Source: Xanthobacteraceae bacterium
Lineage (GTDB): Bacteria; Pseudomonadota; Alphaproteobacteria; Rhizobiales; Xanthobacteraceae
Assembly: GCA_035494115.1 (NCBI GenBank)
Contig: DATJHH010000009.1
Location: 188,470-252,469, forward strand
Length of the DNA: 64,000 nt
Reading direction: 5' to 3'
In this document: piece after piece, positions 1 to 8,584 of the stretch
Layout: every line of letters begins with the position of its first letter
Numbering within the stretch: the first letter of the stretch is position 1
Program-made: the position numbers and the translations under genes
The notes under the pieces: model-generated
Seen by the model: the letters and a program-made list of their open reading frames with translations, nothing else
The model's database searches: none
Told to the model about the DNA's origin: nothing

Positions 1-291
1 CCCGGCAGCGATCAGATTCGCCTCACCGGCAAAAGGGAAGGATCGGTCACCGTGATCGAAATCTCCGACACCGGGCCGGGCCTGTCGTCGAAAGCGCGCG
101 CACATCTGTTCGAGGCGTTTCAATCCTCGACCCGTTCGGGCGGAACAGGGCTCGGGCTCGCCATCGCCGCCGAGCTGGTGCGGGCGCATGGCGGCGAGAT
201 TCGTCTGGTTGAAGGAACCATCGGTGCGACATTCTGTATTGCCATACCCGATCGCGCCGTCTCTCTTGCGGAGCGCCGCTCCCGCGCCTGA
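1..291 (+). CDS. Sensor histidine kinase, C-terminal HATPase_c fragment (5' end outside window)
   Basis: Frame 1 is open from base 1. Translation ...VIEISDTGPGL...GGTGLGLAIAAELVRAHGGEI carries the ATP-lid G boxes of HATPase_c. Stop at 289-291. Confidence 0.8.
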   Translation, partial: PGSDQIRLTGKREGSVTVIEISDTGPGLSSKARAHLFEAFQSSTRSGGTGLGLAIAAELVRAHGGEIRLVEGTIGATFCIAIPDRAVSLAERRSRA

Positions 292-380
292 GACATCTGG
301 AACATTGGCCTCTCGGGTGGTGTTGGTCCTATGGGCCTGCCGCTGGGGTCTGCCGCTGACGGACCCACCGGGGGACATCC

Positions 381-1436
381 ATGCATCCAGTCACGATCCT
401 GTCGCTCGCGACGCGGGTGCCGCCGCACGTGCTGCATCAGGCCGATGTGGCCGAACGCACGCGGCGCATTTTTCCGCGATTGTTCGAACGCTTTTCCGGC
501 CTCAACGACATTTTCACGAATGCCGGCATCGAGCGCCGCTATTCCGTCCGCCCGATCGAATGGTTCGACGAGCCGCATGACTGGAGCGATCGCACCCGCG
601 CCTATCTCGAAGGCGCCGATGCGCTTTATTCCGCGGTGGCGCAGGATGCGCTGGAGCGGGCGGGGCTGTCCGCCGGCAATGTCGACACGATCGTGTCGGT
701 CTCCTCGACCGGTATCGCGACGCCGAGCCTCGACGCGCGCGTGGCGCAGCGCCTGGGTTTTCGTCCCGACGCCCATCGCGTGCCAGTGTTCGGCCTCGGC
801 TGTGCCGGCGGCGTTTCGGGATTGTCGATCGCCGCCCGGCTGGCGCGCGCCGATCCCGGCACCACGATCCTCATCGTCGTCCTCGAACTCTGCACCCTCG
901 CCTTTCGTCCCGACCGCAACGACAAGGCCGACGTCATCACCACGGCGCTGTTCGGCGATGGAGCGGCCGCCTTGGTGCTGCGCGCGGATGATGATCGTGG
1001 CGTTGTCACGCTCAAGGCCGCGCGGGAACACACGTGGCCGGAGACGCTCGACATCATGGGCTGGTCCGTCGACCCGGCCGGATTCGGAGTCGTGCTTTCG
1101 CGCTCGTTGCCGCAATTCGTCGCCCAGCATCTCGCCGCGCCGACGCGCCGCTTCGCGGACGACTGCGGATTGTCCGGCAATCATCGCCATGTGTTTCATC
1201 CCGGTGGCGCCAGGGTGCTTGATGCGGTGGAAGAGTCTCTCGATCTGGCATCCGGTGCGCTGGCGCAGGAGCGCGCGGTGCTGCGCGACTATGGCAACAT
1301 GTCCGCACCAACCGTGCTGTTCGTGCTCGAGCGCGCGCTGCGCGAAGGCTGGCAGGGGGACGGCGTGATGGCGGCGCTCGGGCCGGGTTTTACCGCAAGC
1401 TTCTTGCAGTTCGCCACTGCTGCCGGGGCGGCGTGA
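381..1436 (+). CDS. Type III polyketide synthase (chalcone/stilbene synthase family)
   Basis: 351 aa with the Cys-His-Asn triad contexts FGLGCAGG, FHPGGARVLD and YGNMSAPTVLFVL, and thiolase-fold length. Confidence 0.85.
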   Translation: MHPVTILSLATRVPPHVLHQADVAERTRRIFPRLFERFSGLNDIFTNAGIERRYSVRPIEWFDEPHDWSDRTRAYLEGADALYSAVAQDALERAGLSAGNVDTIVSVSSTGIATPSLDARVAQRLGFRPDAHRVPVFGLGCAGGVSGLSIAARLARADPGTTILIVVLELCTLAFRPDRNDKADVITTALFGDGAAALVLRADDDRGVVTLKAAREHTWPETLDIMGWSVDPAGFGVVLSRSLPQFVAQHLAAPTRRFADDCGLSGNHRHVFHPGGARVLDAVEESLDLASGALAQERAVLRDYGNMSAPTVLFVLERALREGWQGDGVMAALGPGFTASFLQFATAAGAA

Positions 1437-1446
1437 CGGGCAACGC

Positions 1447-1971
1447 ATGATTGACGGTATCTGGCTTATCGGTTTTGTCATCGGGGAGCGTTTGTGCGAA
1501 CTGGTTCTCGCCCATCGCAACACCGCACGCTTGCTGGCGATGGGAGCCAAGGAGTTCGGCCGCGCGCATTATTCCCTCATCGTCGCGCTGCATGCGACGT
1601 GGATCGCCGGACTGATCATCCTCGGCCGCAACCAGCCGGTGGCGTGGCCATGGCTTACCGTCTTTATCATCCTGCAAGCGGCGCGCCTTTGGGTGATTGC
1701 CAGCCTGGGGCGCCGCTGGACGACGCGCGTCATCGTCCTGCCGCGCCAAAGTCTTGTCGCGCGCGGACCGTACCGGTTCGTCCGCCATCCGAATTATCTG
1801 GTCGTGGCGCTGGAACTGGCCGTCGTCCCGCTGATGCTTGGGATGCCGGTTTTCGCGTTCATCTTCACGCTGCTCAATGCCGGCGCGCTCATCCACCGCA
1901 TCGCCATCGAGAACGCGGCGCTCACCTGGGCCGCCGACCCCGATGCGCCCGGCTCCGGCGAAACGGCATGA
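1447..1971 (+). CDS. Isoprenylcysteine carboxyl methyltransferase (ICMT) family membrane methyltransferase
   Basis: 174 aa, multi-TM, motif RGPYRFVRHPNYLVVALEL. Starts 10 bp after the PKS stop, as in the bpsA-bpsB architecture. Confidence 0.75.
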   Translation: MIDGIWLIGFVIGERLCELVLAHRNTARLLAMGAKEFGRAHYSLIVALHATWIAGLIILGRNQPVAWPWLTVFIILQAARLWVIASLGRRWTTRVIVLPRQSLVARGPYRFVRHPNYLVVALELAVVPLMLGMPVFAFIFTLLNAGALIHRIAIENAALTWAADPDAPGSGETA

Positions 1972-2032
1972 TCCGAAAACGCCGCTTCTCGACTTGATCG
2001 GAAACGGAGGCCAACTTTCGGAAAAGATCATG
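1970..2032. repeat. Degenerate copy of a short intergenic repeat family (reverse orientation)
   Basis: Reverse complement of 1971-1995 (aagtcgagaagcggcgttttcggat) resembles the aaagtgcgaagcggttttcgg motif at 24810 and 11592. It is followed by tttcggaaaagatcatg. Confidence 0.3.
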
Positions 2033-2245
2033 GCCCGACACGAGAATAGGCGGCGTGGCCGATGCCGCGAGGTCGGGATCGGCCTCCCGCGTGGTAGTGC
2101 CGGCTTGCGCGGATGTGAATTCCGCGAAAAGCCCGCCGCAGGACTTGAATCCGAGGACTCGCACAGGTTTTGCGTTCGGATGTTCCCGATACGAGGCCGG
2201 AAGCCGCTTGCCAAGCCGGGCCTGAGCCTTTAGCTATCCCCCGCG

Positions 2246-2322
2246 GCGCCCGTAGCTCAGCTGGATAGAGCACCAGACTACGAATCTGGGGGTCAGGAGT
2301 TCGAATCTCTTCGGGCGCGCCA
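2246..2322 (+). tRNA. tRNA-Arg (anticodon ACG)
   Basis: Hand-folded cloverleaf: acceptor GCGCCCG/CGGGCGC, D arm GCTC..GAGC, anticodon arm CCAGA-CTACGAA-TCTGG, T arm AGGAG-TTCGAAT-CTCTT, encoded CCA. Confidence 0.95.
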
Positions 2323-2584
2323 TCTTATCGATGACTTAGCCATTGGTTATGGCCAGAGGCCTTGATTATCGTGCGATTGGGGACGAGTGGGCTCATCGTC
2401 CCCACGCCGCTTTACGTGGACGATGCACTCCTTGCGAAAATCGTAATCGGCGAGGAAGCAAGCCGTTGGGCTGGCGTCCGTCGAATCTTTGAGCGACAGG
2501 GTATGCGCAGCGCGGTGGTTGACTGGGCGGACACGGGACATCGTGGCCTCCTTCGCCTTCAACAATCCAGTTCGCTTTCTAAGT

Positions 2585-2601
2585 TTTGGAATTGTTCTAT
2601 T
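2585..2601. promoter_or_regulatory. Candidate Irr-type iron control element (ICE-like inverted repeat)
   Basis: TTTGGAATTGTTCTATT matches TTTAGAA-N3-TTCTAAA at 11 of 14 defined positions. It lies in an AT-rich stretch ~170 bp upstream of the iron-uptake operon. Confidence 0.3.
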
Positions 2602-2770
2602 TCCAGACAGCAATAAACACTTAAGCAAAATCAAACACATCTCTGAAGTTATTGGAATTGCTGCAAAAATAGATGCGAAATCATTGTGTAGCGCTAAGCC
2701 AGACACTATTGCTTTGACAGCCGGCACCGATGGTAACGGCGCTTGCGGCAATGATTTCGTTGGGGAAGCT

Positions 2771-3742
2771 ATGTTTGATTCGATTTTGCGGTGGCGTTGC
2801 CTTGCAATAGCGTTTGCTGCGTTCAACTCGGCAATCTTCGTAGAAGGGCCGGTCGCGATGGCGCAGATCGCGACGCCGACCGATGCCGCGCCCGCTTTCA
2901 ACTTGCCAACTACGACATCATCGTCGCAACCGGCTATCGATCCCTTTCATGAGCTGGAGACTAAATATATTTTCGGCTTTACATCCGGATCTGACATCGG
3001 TGCCGAAGGCGAAAGGGCAATTGAGTTCGAGACGACTGGGGCCTTCCAGAAGCGCCATGGCCGATACACTGCAATCGAGCAGGAGATCGAATTCGAGGGC
3101 GTGCCGACACAGAACTTTGCATATGAACTGAGTGCACACGGGACGTATCACGCGATCAAGGGGGTTGATGATCTCGATGACTTCACGCGAGCACAGTTCA
3201 GCGGACTGTCTGCCGATTTACGTTATCTAATCCTTGGGCGTGGCCCCGGTTCTCCCATCGGACTCACGATCGGCATGCAGCCTGAATGGTCACGGATCGA
3301 CGGCACGAGTGGCGCGCGGACGACCGGCTTTGCCAATGCCGTCAAGATAATCGCAGACACAGAAGTCATCCCAAACCGCCTTTATGCCGCGGTTAACGCG
3401 AGCTACGAGCCCGAAGTCAGCAAGGCGCCGGGAGACAAGGCTTGGGAAAGTGCGTCCTCGCTTGGCCTTACTGGGGCGCTCGCCTACCGCATCATGCCGA
3501 AAGTGACGATGGGTGGGGAGGTTGAGTATTATCGCGATTACGACGGCCTCTTCATCAATCGTTTCGCCGCTCACGCGGTCTATGTCGGCCCGACATTGCA
3601 TATCCAGTTCACGGGCAAAACGATGTTGGCGTTGGCATTCTCAGCGCAGGTCTATGGGCATGCCGCCGGAGAAGATGGTTCGTTGGATCTCACCAATTTC
3701 GAGCGATACCACGCCAATGCCAAGCTCGAATTCGAATTCTGA
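2771..3742 (+). CDS. Putative outer-membrane beta-barrel protein
   Basis: Start moved to the internal ATG at 2771, giving a signal peptide MFDSILRWRCLAIAFAAFNSAIFVEGPVAMAQ. Alternating amphipathic strands and a C-terminal ...AKLEFEF ending in Phe. Confidence 0.6.
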   Translation: MFDSILRWRCLAIAFAAFNSAIFVEGPVAMAQIATPTDAAPAFNLPTTTSSSQPAIDPFHELETKYIFGFTSGSDIGAEGERAIEFETTGAFQKRHGRYTAIEQEIEFEGVPTQNFAYELSAHGTYHAIKGVDDLDDFTRAQFSGLSADLRYLILGRGPGSPIGLTIGMQPEWSRIDGTSGARTTGFANAVKIIADTEVIPNRLYAAVNASYEPEVSKAPGDKAWESASSLGLTGALAYRIMPKVTMGGEVEYYRDYDGLFINRFAAHAVYVGPTLHIQFTGKTMLALAFSAQVYGHAAGEDGSLDLTNFERYHANAKLEFEF

Positions 3743-3776
3743 TACCCGAAGCGGACGGCGCTATGAGGAAGATGAA

Positions 3777-4133
3777 ATGAAGCCAGTTTTCACCCGGAAA
3801 TCGCTGTGGAGCATTAGCGTTCTAGCTCTTTGCATATTTGCTTCAGCCCCTGGCCTCCTGGCTCAAGGTGCAACAACGGTGAATCTCACGCTCAAAAACC
3901 ACAGGTTCCAGCCGGCCGAACTGCATGCACCGGCCAACAAGCCGATCACGATCAGGGTCACCAATCTTGACGCAACGCCGTCAGAATTCGAAAGCAAGAC
4001 GCTCCGCGTCGAAAAAGTGGTCGCCGCCGGCGCTACGATCACTTTACAGATTCGCGCCCTTGCCCCCGGGCGGTATCGCTTCTTCGACGATTACCATGAA
4101 GATACGACCGAAGGCTTTCTGATCGTTCGATAG
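3777..4133 (+). CDS. Periplasmic cupredoxin-like protein (FtrB/EfeO-N-like)
   Basis: ATG at 3777 after GAGGAAG. Signal peptide MKPVFTRKSLWSISVLALCIFASAPGLLAQG, then a ~90-aa beta-sandwich-like domain (NLTLKNHRFQP...ITIRVTNLD...RYRFFDDYH). Sits directly upstream of the FTR1 permease. Confidence 0.65.
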   Translation: MKPVFTRKSLWSISVLALCIFASAPGLLAQGATTVNLTLKNHRFQPAELHAPANKPITIRVTNLDATPSEFESKTLRVEKVVAAGATITLQIRALAPGRYRFFDDYHEDTTEGFLIVR

Positions 4134-4143
4134 CGGACTTGTT

Positions 4144-4986
4144 ATGCTCGGCGCACTGATCATCGTATTTCGAGAGGTCATCGAAGCTGGCTTGATCGTC
4201 GGCATAGCCCTGGCGGTCACACACGGCGTTGCCAGGCGCGGGCGCTTTATTGGTGCCGGTGTCGCTGCTGGTATCGTCGGCGCGTGCGTCGTCGGCGTCT
4301 TCATCAATTCGATCTCTAACGCCTTTAAAGGCATTGGTCAGGAGCTGTTCAACGCCGGCATCCTATCCATCGCAGTTGTCATGCTCACGTGGCACAATGT
4401 GTGGATGGCGCGCCATGGCCGCGAGATGGCGGCTGAAATGTACAAGGCCGGTGAGGCCGTGAAGATCGGCGCATCAACGCTGGCGGGGCTTGCAATGGTC
4501 GTTGCGATTGCCGTTCTGCGGGAGGGTTCGGAAGTCGCGTTGTTTCTCTACGGAATTTTTATCGCGTCGGAGCCGGGTTCGGGTATGAACCTTTTCATTG
4601 GCGGCCTGATCGGGCTTGCACTTGGGGCAGGCGTCACGGCGCTGACTTATGGCGGACTCGTTCGGATACCAAGCCGGTATATATTCGGTGTCACCGGCGT
4701 TCTCATCGCCCTGCTTGCCGCTGGGCTCGCCGCGCAGGCGATAGGGTTCCTCGAACAGGCCGGCGTCATTACCGCATTGCCAAACCAGCTTTGGGACTCG
4801 TCGGGCATTCTCTCAGATACCAGTCTCATCGGGAAAGTCCTGCACACGCTGATCGGCTACAGCGATCATCCATCTGCCATGGAAGGCCTCGGTTACGTTG
4901 CGACGCTATTTACGATCGCGCTTCTGATGAAGCTGTTCGGGCATGCTGGCGCAGCGCGTCAAAACACGCTGGGCGTTCCGCAGTAA
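4144..4986 (+). CDS. FTR1-family high-affinity iron permease
   Basis: 280 aa, ~7 TM segments, two REXXE motifs (REVIE, REGSE). Confidence 0.85.
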   Translation: MLGALIIVFREVIEAGLIVGIALAVTHGVARRGRFIGAGVAAGIVGACVVGVFINSISNAFKGIGQELFNAGILSIAVVMLTWHNVWMARHGREMAAEMYKAGEAVKIGASTLAGLAMVVAIAVLREGSEVALFLYGIFIASEPGSGMNLFIGGLIGLALGAGVTALTYGGLVRIPSRYIFGVTGVLIALLAAGLAAQAIGFLEQAGVITALPNQLWDSSGILSDTSLIGKVLHTLIGYSDHPSAMEGLGYVATLFTIALLMKLFGHAGAARQNTLGVPQ

Positions 4987-5398
4987 TCTCGACGTGCACG
5001 CTTCCGCGCGGCGCGAGAGGCGATTTTGCCGCCCTGCACCCGTCTCTGCGGGTCGCACCCGCGGACATGGCATCGCGTCCAGGATCGCCTCCGCCAAAAG
5101 GCGGACCGGCCTCACGGTATGGGAAATCAGGCCGTCGCGGGTCAGATTGCGAATGTCGCAGCATTGCGCATCGATAATCTCATCACTACCGCCCGTCGAT
5201 CAATAAAGCCCACTCGGGCTGTCTCGCCGTCAACAATCCTGCGACACATATGGCTTTGTCAAAATTATTGCTCGCGATATTCCGTGTGCGAGGCTGGCCG
5301 TTTTCGGCAGTCAGGGCATTTCGACCCCTATACGGAGCCGGAAAAATTCAACACGATAACAAGAGATTTTGCCGTACTCATCAGCAAGGAGTTCGACC

Positions 5399-6286
5399 GT
5401 GACGATTAACAAGACAAAGCTGTTTACGCTCCTCGCCGATTACCCTTGCACGCTGCCGATCAAACAAGGGCAGGTGCATTCCGATCTCGTCGCGTTTGAG
5501 TTCGCCGATATCAAGGTGGCCAATACCGGTTTTAAACCAATGGTGCGGGAGGCCAAGTTCGACCTCGGTGAGTTGGCGATCGTCACCTATCTGCAGGCCA
5601 AGGCCTATAACAAGCCTTACGTGCTGATGCCGGCGCCAGTGGTCGCGCGCGCGCAACACCACACCATCGCCTACAACAGCGAGCGTGGTGAACTGAAGCC
5701 CGCCGATCTCGCCGGCAAACGCGTTGGCGTGCGCGCCTACAGCGTGACGACCGGCGTCTGGGTGCGGGGTATCCTGCAGGAGCAATATGGTGTGGACCTC
5801 GACAAGGTGCATTGGGTCAGGTTCGAAGATCCGCATGTCGCGGAATATGTCGATCCATCGACCGTCGAGCGCGCGCCCGCAGGCGCGGACATGGTGCAGA
5901 TGGTGTTGAATGGCGAGCTTGACGCCGCGGTGGTCGGCGATAAGTTGCCGGATCCGAGGCTCAAGACGCTCTTTCCGGACGCCGAGGCCGCATCGCGCGC
6001 CTGGGCCGACAAACATGGCGCGCCGATCAACCACATGCTGGTGATCCGCAGCGAGCTGTCACGCAACCGTCCCGATCTTGTTCGCGAGGTATTTCGGATC
6101 TTCAAGGAAAGTCGCGACATCGCAATTCGCGGCGGCAACGAAAATGCGGCTCAACTGAATTATGGCGTCGAGGCCAACCGGTCATCGCTCGAGACGATCA
6201 TTGGTATTGCCTTCGATCAGAAGCTGATCCCGAGGCGGTTCAGCGTCGACGAACTGTTCGATGACACGACGCGCGGACTGACATAG
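5399..6286 (+). CDS. Cytoplasmic binding-protein-fold protein, 4,5-dihydroxyphthalate decarboxylase (PhtD)/NMT1-like
   Basis: GTG at 5399 follows AAGGAG with an 8-nt spacer. No signal peptide. The N-terminus KLFTLLADYP...FEFADI... and GKRVGVRAYSVTTGVWVRGILQEQYGVD resemble PhtD-type proteins (from memory). Confidence 0.5.
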   Translation: MTINKTKLFTLLADYPCTLPIKQGQVHSDLVAFEFADIKVANTGFKPMVREAKFDLGELAIVTYLQAKAYNKPYVLMPAPVVARAQHHTIAYNSERGELKPADLAGKRVGVRAYSVTTGVWVRGILQEQYGVDLDKVHWVRFEDPHVAEYVDPSTVERAPAGADMVQMVLNGELDAAVVGDKLPDPRLKTLFPDAEAASRAWADKHGAPINHMLVIRSELSRNRPDLVREVFRIFKESRDIAIRGGNENAAQLNYGVEANRSSLETIIGIAFDQKLIPRRFSVDELFDDTTRGLT

Positions 6287-6391
6287 TCGGGCCGGGAGCC
6301 GCCGACGGCAAATGCTTGAGCATTCTTGACTTAAAATGAGAAAGAGACTGCCCCTGCGGGTCAGCCGCAGCCGAAAACGGGAGATCTAAGC

Positions 6392-7435
6392 ATGCCCCGA
6401 TTGACGATCCGCATCCTTGCGGCATGTGCAACGTTCGTAGCGACGACAGCGCCTGTCTTTGCCCAACACCTGGCGGACTTTTATAAAGCGCACGCCGTGT
6501 CGTTTTATGTCGGATCGGATGCCGGCGCGGGTTACGACGCGTATGCCCGGCTCTTGTCGCGTCACATCGGAAAACACATTCCCGGCAATCCGACCATCAT
6601 CGTGCGGAATATGCCCGGGGCCGGCAGCCTGACGATGGCGAACTACATCGTCAAATCCGCGCCGAAGGACGGAACGGCCATCGCCGCTCCACAGTCGAGC
6701 GTTGCCGTGGAACGTCTGCTGCATCTTCTTTCCAAGGACGGCAGGGCGGCAAATTTCGATGCCGCGAAACTCAACTGGTTGGGCAGCGCCACGCAAGACA
6801 CGTTCGTTTTGCTCGGGTCGCCGGCCGCCAAGGCCAAGTCGATACAGGATATGACCACCACCGGGTTCGTTCTCGGCGCCTCCGGACCAAATACCGATGG
6901 CTCGATCGTCGTTGCTGCCTTGAATGAATTGCTGGGCACTAAAATCAAACTCGTCACCGGATATGCCGGCACGGGCGCTCAGCTCCTTGCTCTCGAACGC
7001 AAAGAGATCGATGGCGCGGTCATGGCTTATTCGACGGCGACGACGTTGCGCCCGAAAATCCTGACTGATGGCAAGATCGACATTCTTCTGCAGATCGGAG
7101 ACCGGCCGCATCCCGACCTGAAGAACGTTCCACTTTTCGCCGATCTGTTGAAGAACAAGGACGACAAGGCGCTGATCTCTCTTCTCTTCGCCAAATACAA
7201 AATGGGGCGTCCCTATTTCCTCGCACCGGAAGTCCCCAGGGACCGCGTCGCAGCGTTACGTGCAGCGTTCGATGCGACGCTCAAGGATCCGGACCTGCTC
7301 GCCGACGCCAAGAAAACGCATCTCGAAATCGATCCGGTAAGCGGGCCGGACGTTCAAAGTCTCGTCGAACAGCTCAATACGGCGCCCGAGGCGCTGGTGA
7401 CCAGAGCGCGAAAGGTGCTGGCGGCCAATCGCTGA
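6392..7435 (+). CDS. Bug/TctC-family tripartite tricarboxylate transporter substrate-binding protein
   Basis: Signal peptide ending FAQ. DFYK...GAGYD...NMPGAGSL..ANY signature shared with the ORFs at 33234 and 55714. Confidence 0.8.
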   Translation: MPRLTIRILAACATFVATTAPVFAQHLADFYKAHAVSFYVGSDAGAGYDAYARLLSRHIGKHIPGNPTIIVRNMPGAGSLTMANYIVKSAPKDGTAIAAPQSSVAVERLLHLLSKDGRAANFDAAKLNWLGSATQDTFVLLGSPAAKAKSIQDMTTTGFVLGASGPNTDGSIVVAALNELLGTKIKLVTGYAGTGAQLLALERKEIDGAVMAYSTATTLRPKILTDGKIDILLQIGDRPHPDLKNVPLFADLLKNKDDKALISLLFAKYKMGRPYFLAPEVPRDRVAALRAAFDATLKDPDLLADAKKTHLEIDPVSGPDVQSLVEQLNTAPEALVTRARKVLAANR

Positions 7436-7465
7436 GACTACGCGATCACTGAGAAAGCCTCCGCC

Positions 7466-8557
7466 ATGAAAATCACGCGCGTTGAACCGACGCTGATTTC
7501 GGTGCCGTTCGACGAGGCTCTGGCGTCGCCGACGGGACGCAAGCGGCAGGATGCCGTCTATGTTCGGGTCGAGACCGATGCAGGCGTGACCGGCTGGGGC
7601 GAAGCGTTCGGCTTCGGTGCCTGCGCGATGAGCTATCTTGCGCTGCTGCATGTGGTCGCGCCGTTGGCGGTCGGGCGTGATCCGACCGATATCGACACGC
7701 TCATGACCGATTTGCGCCGCCGGACCCAGAACATGTCGCGGAACGGTCCCGTCGCCTACGCCTTGTCCGCCCTCGACATCGCCTTGTGGGACATCGCGGG
7801 AAAGATTGCGGGAAAGGCTCTTCACGTCTTGCTTGGTGGGATGCGGAAGACGGAAATTCCAGCCTACGCCAGTTTGCTTCGCCTCGGCGCGCCGGATGAG
7901 GTCGCGCGGGTGGCACGGCTCGCCGTCGATCGCGGCTATAAACATATCAAATTACATGAACGCACGGTTGAAGCTGTGGCCGCTGCCCGGACAGCCGTCG
8001 GCTCCGATATCGGCCTCATGCTCGACACCAATTGCAGTTGGGATTTGAACCAAGCCGTAAAAATGGCGGCGGCGCTTCAGCCATACGATCTCGCCTGGCT
8101 CGAAGAGCCTGTCTATCCGCCCGATGACTTCGACGCGCTTGCCACGCTCCGCGCGCAAGGCGTCATGCCCATCGCAGCCGGAGAAAATCTCGGTAACATT
8201 CAGGACGTCCGTCATATTCTCGATGCCGGAGCGGTCGACATCGTTCAGCCGGACGTCGCTAAAATGGGTGGCGTTACGGAGATGATGAAGGCGCTCCCGA
8301 TGGCGCGAAGCGCCGGCATCAAGGCGGAGCCGCATTCCCCGCTCTATGGGCCAGCTCTGATCGCGACGCTGCACATCATTGCGGCTCTTCCCGAGGACGT
8401 CATGTGCGAGTTCTACTTCGCGGATATGGACGCCACTCCCATTGGCGACATCGCAACGCCAAAAGATGGCGTGTTCGGTATTCCGCGTGGTCCCGGGCTT
8501 GGTATCGATGTCGACGAGGACGTGCTGAAGCGCTATCGTGTGACCCTCAAGAGCTAA
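7466..8557 (+). CDS. Enolase-superfamily enzyme (mandelate racemase/muconate lactonizing family)
   Basis: 363 aa with WGEAFG, KHIKLH, MLDTNCSW, LEEP and AAGEN metal-ligand/catalytic contexts. Confidence 0.85.
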   Translation: MKITRVEPTLISVPFDEALASPTGRKRQDAVYVRVETDAGVTGWGEAFGFGACAMSYLALLHVVAPLAVGRDPTDIDTLMTDLRRRTQNMSRNGPVAYALSALDIALWDIAGKIAGKALHVLLGGMRKTEIPAYASLLRLGAPDEVARVARLAVDRGYKHIKLHERTVEAVAAARTAVGSDIGLMLDTNCSWDLNQAVKMAAALQPYDLAWLEEPVYPPDDFDALATLRAQGVMPIAAGENLGNIQDVRHILDAGAVDIVQPDVAKMGGVTEMMKALPMARSAGIKAEPHSPLYGPALIATLHIIAALPEDVMCEFYFADMDATPIGDIATPKDGVFGIPRGPGLGIDVDEDVLKRYRVTLKS

Positions 8558-8584
8558 AAGGCAGCATCAGAAAGGCCGTATCAT

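Noticed and set aside
2362-2616. 84-aa ORF just downstream of tRNA-Arg, considered as a remnant of an island-associated small DNA-binding gene
   Set aside because: Only a vague resemblance (..EEASRWAGVRRIFERQGM..) to proteins I recall from integrase neighbourhoods. No start context, and it runs into the AT-rich promoter region, so the evidence is insufficient.
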